Positions 60,971 through 64,000 of a stretch of 64,000 nt of DNA are shown in pieces. The stretch lies in assembly GCA_033580375.1 (NCBI GenBank), contig GCA_033580375.1_4527.1; one strand, 5' to 3'. How positions within the stretch are numbered: position 1 is the stretch's first letter; each line of letters opens with the position of its first letter. The translations under genes were made by a program, and so were the position numbers. The stretch comes from a phage. The notes beneath the pieces are model-generated. The model was not told the DNA's origin. It did no database searches and saw only the letters and a list, made by a program, of their open reading frames with translations.

Positions 60971-61000
60971 ATTATACTCCAACCATCCTTGGTTGTAAAC
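60971..61000 (-). promoter_or_regulatory. T4-type early promoter
   Basis: Minus strand GTTTAC-N18-TATAAT. Confidence 0.5.
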
Positions 61001-61005
61001 TGATT

Positions 61006-61683
61006 TTATCGCTGTTTTACACTTAACGGGTCAGGATTCTCAGGGACATCTTCAAGACCAAGCGCATAACGCTGAGCATATTTTAACATCAAAATATCTT
61101 TAGCACAATCATGAATACTATCATGGGCAACGAATCCTTTTAGCGTACCCATCGGTAATGGACACATACTTAATCCTCGTGTCAACGAGTAAGCTTCGAT
61201 TGCCGTACGAATATCGCGTTGAGCCCAGAATTTAACCGGTTCTAATTTATCAGTATCAATATCTGGTTCAAGAACACCTTCATCACGATAGAGGTCACGA
61301 ATCAAATCGACCAAGATCGGGAAGTCAAAGCTCATACCACGGCACCACATTTGTGATTTCCATTGGTCAACTTTATTAGCTCGACAATAATCTAAAAAGA
61401 TTTTAATGCCTTCAAGCGTAGTGACATCGTCTTCAGACGGGGCCAGGTTTTTACGTGCTTCTGCCGATTGTTCTTTCCACCATTTCATAGTGGATTTAGC
61501 GAAAACTCGCTTCCCTTTTTGAGAAGCTAAATTAAATTTAATTCGCTTACCTCGTTGAACAAGTTCTTCGAATGTTTCAACAATTTCAGGGTCGGAATTA
61601 TATGCAATAACCGCAAGGTCAATAACAGCCGCTTTTGATGTATTGCCGAATGTTTCAAAATCTATAATAACATCAGTGCTCAT
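61006..61683 (-). CDS. dexA: exonuclease A (DEDDh 3'-5' exonuclease)
   Basis: 225-aa ORF (T4 DexA is 227 aa), N-terminal IIDFETFG motif, next to dda. Confidence 0.8.
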   Translation of the reverse strand: MSTDVIIDFETFGNTSKAAVIDLAVIAYNSDPEIVETFEELVQRGKRIKFNLASQKGKRVFAKSTMKWWKEQSAEARKNLAPSEDDVTTLEGIKIFLDYCRANKVDQWKSQMWCRGMSFDFPILVDLIRDLYRDEGVLEPDIDTDKLEPVKFWAQRDIRTAIEAYSLTRGLSMCPLPMGTLKGFVAHDSIHDCAKDILMLKYAQRYALGLEDVPENPDPLSVKQR

Positions 61684-61692
61684 AATTTTCTC

Positions 61693-63006
61693 TCAAATAA
61701 AATGGACGTCAAAACGACCACGAGTTGTGCCGACATACAATAGTTGTTTAGCTAATTCTGAATCGGCATAATGGATACACGGTGTATAAACAAAGGCCGT
61801 GTCAACAGACATACCCTGAGCCTTATGGAAGGTTGATACTGGTAGTGCCTTCACCTTAGTGAACATACGTTTAGCATCCCAGAATTCACTCCATGGAGCT
61901 TTACCACCTTTATTCCAGAATTTGTATGTTTCTGCGGTCTTAGCCAAAAACAAATTGAATTTATAAAGCTCTTCTTCGGAAGAAATAACCTTTATATCCT
62001 CGCGGACGTATTCTTCATCATCCCCATATGTTTCTACTGTAAGATTCCAGTATCGTATCATATATTCGCCTGAAACACCACGTGCTTTAACGAATGTAGA
62101 CGTTTCTACAGCATCTCGAATACGAACGAATTGCCCGTTATTGAAAAGCATTTCGGTCATATTTTTGCCATCTAGCTTATATGTCTTAGTAAATGGCTCT
62201 TGTAGAACAATGACCTCGTCTTTAATAAATGGTTTTTCTGTTTCAAGAAGTTTTCGGCGAATAATTGAATTCAACTTGTCAACCGACTTATTTGTGAATG
62301 CCATCATTCGATTTTCGAAAAGGTCTTCAGGAGTTTTAACGACATTAAAATAGTTCATCATATACGATTTAAGGTCTGTATATCCATGAACACCATGTCC
62401 GTCAACTACTTTATCATAAATCCATTTGCCATTACGAATATCAGTCGCAACATCAATAATTGGTGCATTGCTACGTTTAACTTCTGTAAGGTTGCATTGC
62501 ACGAAGTCTTTGTGAGTGAAGAAAGGACTTAGATACGCAGTGGATTCGCCTGGGTCTACAGGTCGAATCTGACATCGGTCACCAATTCCAATTACTGTGC
62601 ACCATTTAGGGATACTAGCTAACATTATTTTAAACAGAGAACGGTCACACATTGATGCTTCATCAAATAACAGTACACGACACAAGGCTAAGTCGGGAAC
62701 CTTTTTCTGTTCAAACAATACGTTTTCTTCGTATGTGGTTGGGTTGATTTTAAGAATGCTATGAATGGTTGATGCTTCTTGTCCGGCAAGTTTGCTTAGA
62801 ACCTTTTTAGCAGCGTGTGTTGGTGCTGCTAAAATAATACCTGATTCTCCAGAAGAAATAAGGGCTTCAACGATGAATCTAGTAAGGGTTGTTTTACCTG
62901 TACCAGCAGGCCCATTAATAGTTACATGATGTTTCTTTTCTTTAATAGCGTTCATAACAACGTTGAAGGCGTTTTTCTGGCCGTCAGTCAAATCATCAAA
63001 TGTCAT
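61693..63006 (-). CDS. dda: Dda DNA helicase (SF1B)
   Basis: 437-aa ORF (T4 Dda is 439 aa), Walker A GPAGTGKTT, DEAS box. Confidence 0.9.
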   Translation of the reverse strand: MTFDDLTDGQKNAFNVVMNAIKEKKHHVTINGPAGTGKTTLTRFIVEALISSGESGIILAAPTHAAKKVLSKLAGQEASTIHSILKINPTTYEENVLFEQKKVPDLALCRVLLFDEASMCDRSLFKIMLASIPKWCTVIGIGDRCQIRPVDPGESTAYLSPFFTHKDFVQCNLTEVKRSNAPIIDVATDIRNGKWIYDKVVDGHGVHGYTDLKSYMMNYFNVVKTPEDLFENRMMAFTNKSVDKLNSIIRRKLLETEKPFIKDEVIVLQEPFTKTYKLDGKNMTEMLFNNGQFVRIRDAVETSTFVKARGVSGEYMIRYWNLTVETYGDDEEYVREDIKVISSEEELYKFNLFLAKTAETYKFWNKGGKAPWSEFWDAKRMFTKVKALPVSTFHKAQGMSVDTAFVYTPCIHYADSELAKQLLYVGTTRGRFDVHFI

Positions 63007-63314
63007 CGTAAAGTCCCTGCAATTGGAATACTAACAATACGGCCTGTGTCCAGGATTCGTTGATATAATCTTTGCGTCTCCGCATCTAGTTTAATGTGTT
63101 TCATTTCAAGCTTATTAAACCAGAACTTACGCGGAGTTTCGACCATTCTTAGAACTCCCATTTTTAAATCTGTTTTATACTGTGTTTTCAAAGTATCGAA
63201 AACTTTATCTGCAATATCCTTTCTAAAAAATACTGCAGGACGATGCTCATCAAGTGGAACCGGGACAGTAAATCCTTCCATATCTCGATAAACTATTGCA
63301 TATACATAAACCAT
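63003..63314 (-). CDS. hypothetical protein (dda.1 position)
   Basis: 103-aa ORF, ATGA overlap with dda. Confidence 0.5.
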   Translation of the reverse strand: MVYVYAIVYRDMEGFTVPVPLDEHRPAVFFRKDIADKVFDTLKTQYKTDLKMGVLRMVETPRKFWFNKLEMKHIKLDAETQRLYQRILDTGRIVSIPIAGTLR

Positions 63315-63316
63315 AA

Positions 63317-64000
63317 TTAACCTTTAATTAGTTGGAATAATGATGCGCTAAGTGGTAAGCCACGTTTCAATTTTAATTTACCAATGAAACCAATCTTTTC
63401 AAAACGTTGCAAACCTTGGATAACTTTATCATATGTATCGAAAAGCGATTCAGCGTCAGTTAATTTAGTTTTAGTTTTCCAGTCAGAGCCTTTAAGAAGA
63501 ACGTTGAGTTTAGTAAGTTCATGGCCTTCTGCTTGATGTGAGCCATTAATGCGTGCCTTCAAAGCAACAATTCTAAGTTTAGATTCGTTAGATAAAGGTT
63601 GATTTTTCATCATGTTAGCCATATGCTTAACACGATTTTCACGTTTTGCTCGGATTTTTAAAATAGTACCATAAACCTTTTTAATTTGGGCCCATTTCTT
63701 CTCATCAAGATTAAGTTTCTCTACTTTACGGACAGAAGGATTAGCGATACGTCTTGCAATGGCATCACGTTTCTCAATAAGTTCTTCTAATGTTAAATCA
63801 GAACGAGCCGTGTTATATTTTTTCTTAACTGGGATAACATTACCTTTAATGTAGCCGATATCGTTATCAAAACGTTCTAAGGATAATTTCTCACCTTCAA
63901 CAGAGTTATTGAAAGATTCACCTGAGTAAGCGCAGACCTTTTGATCAAGAATGTTTTTAAGGTAATTAAAGTCTAAGTTAAAATCCTTAGAGCGTCTCTT
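63317..64000 (-). CDS. hypothetical protein, 5' end outside window (degenerate HNH-like motif)
   Basis: Minus frame is open from the window end through the listed 63317-63622 ORF (at least 228 codons); contains KVCAYSGE...LSLERFDNDIGYIKGNVIPV; srd position. Confidence 0.45.
   Translation of the reverse strand, partial: KRRSKDFNLDFNYLKNILDQKVCAYSGESFNNSVEGEKLSLERFDNDIGYIKGNVIPVKKKYNTARSDLTLEELIEKRDAIARRIANPSVRKVEKLNLDEKKWAQIKKVYGTILKIRAKRENRVKHMANMMKNQPLSNESKLRIVALKARINGSHQAEGHELTKLNVLLKGSDWKTKTKLTDAESLFDTYDKVIQGLQRFEKIGFIGKLKLKRGLPLSASLFQLIKG

Overview
This window is a T4-like (T-even, Tequatrovirus-type) myovirus genome segment, identified by gene order and protein signatures recalled from T4 rather than by any database search. 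Layout: (1) a divergent late-gene block at the left, gene 26 on the minus strand and baseplate hub/tail-tube genes 51-27-28-29-48-54 on the plus strand; (2) a long minus-strand early/middle region from alt through DNA ligase 30, the 30.x genes, rIII, 31, cd, pseT, spanins, alc, rnlA, denA, nrdB, nrdA, td, frd, 32, 59, 33, dsbA and rnh; (3) the plus-strand long-tail-fibre block 34-35-36-37-38 plus holin t; (4) a second minus-strand early region from asiA through motA, 52, ndd, denB, rIIB, rIIA, 39, dexA and dda. Regulatory architecture is readable directly: TATAAATA late promoters before late genes, many GTTTAC-N17/18-TAnnAT early promoters on the minus strand, and a family of GC-rich UUCG-tetraloop terminator hairpins. 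The phage looks T2-like rather than T4-like in detail: gene 39 is one uninterrupted ORF, td and nrdB have no introns, and gp38 is a glycine-rich T2-type adhesin. I did not find a clearly novel multi-gene system. The most unusual content is accessory: a class-I DAHP synthase, a GT-B glycosyltransferase between rIIA.1 and 39, a NADAR/YbiA-like gene, a tandem triplicated paralog family with co-duplicated promoters, a free-standing HNH endonuclease between nrdA and nrdB, several unlisted micro-ORFs, and a 370-bp ORF-free GC-rich island next to rIII. CDS coordinates taken from the ORF track are exact; features I placed by eye (promoters, hairpins, unlisted small ORFs) may be off by 1-2 nt.
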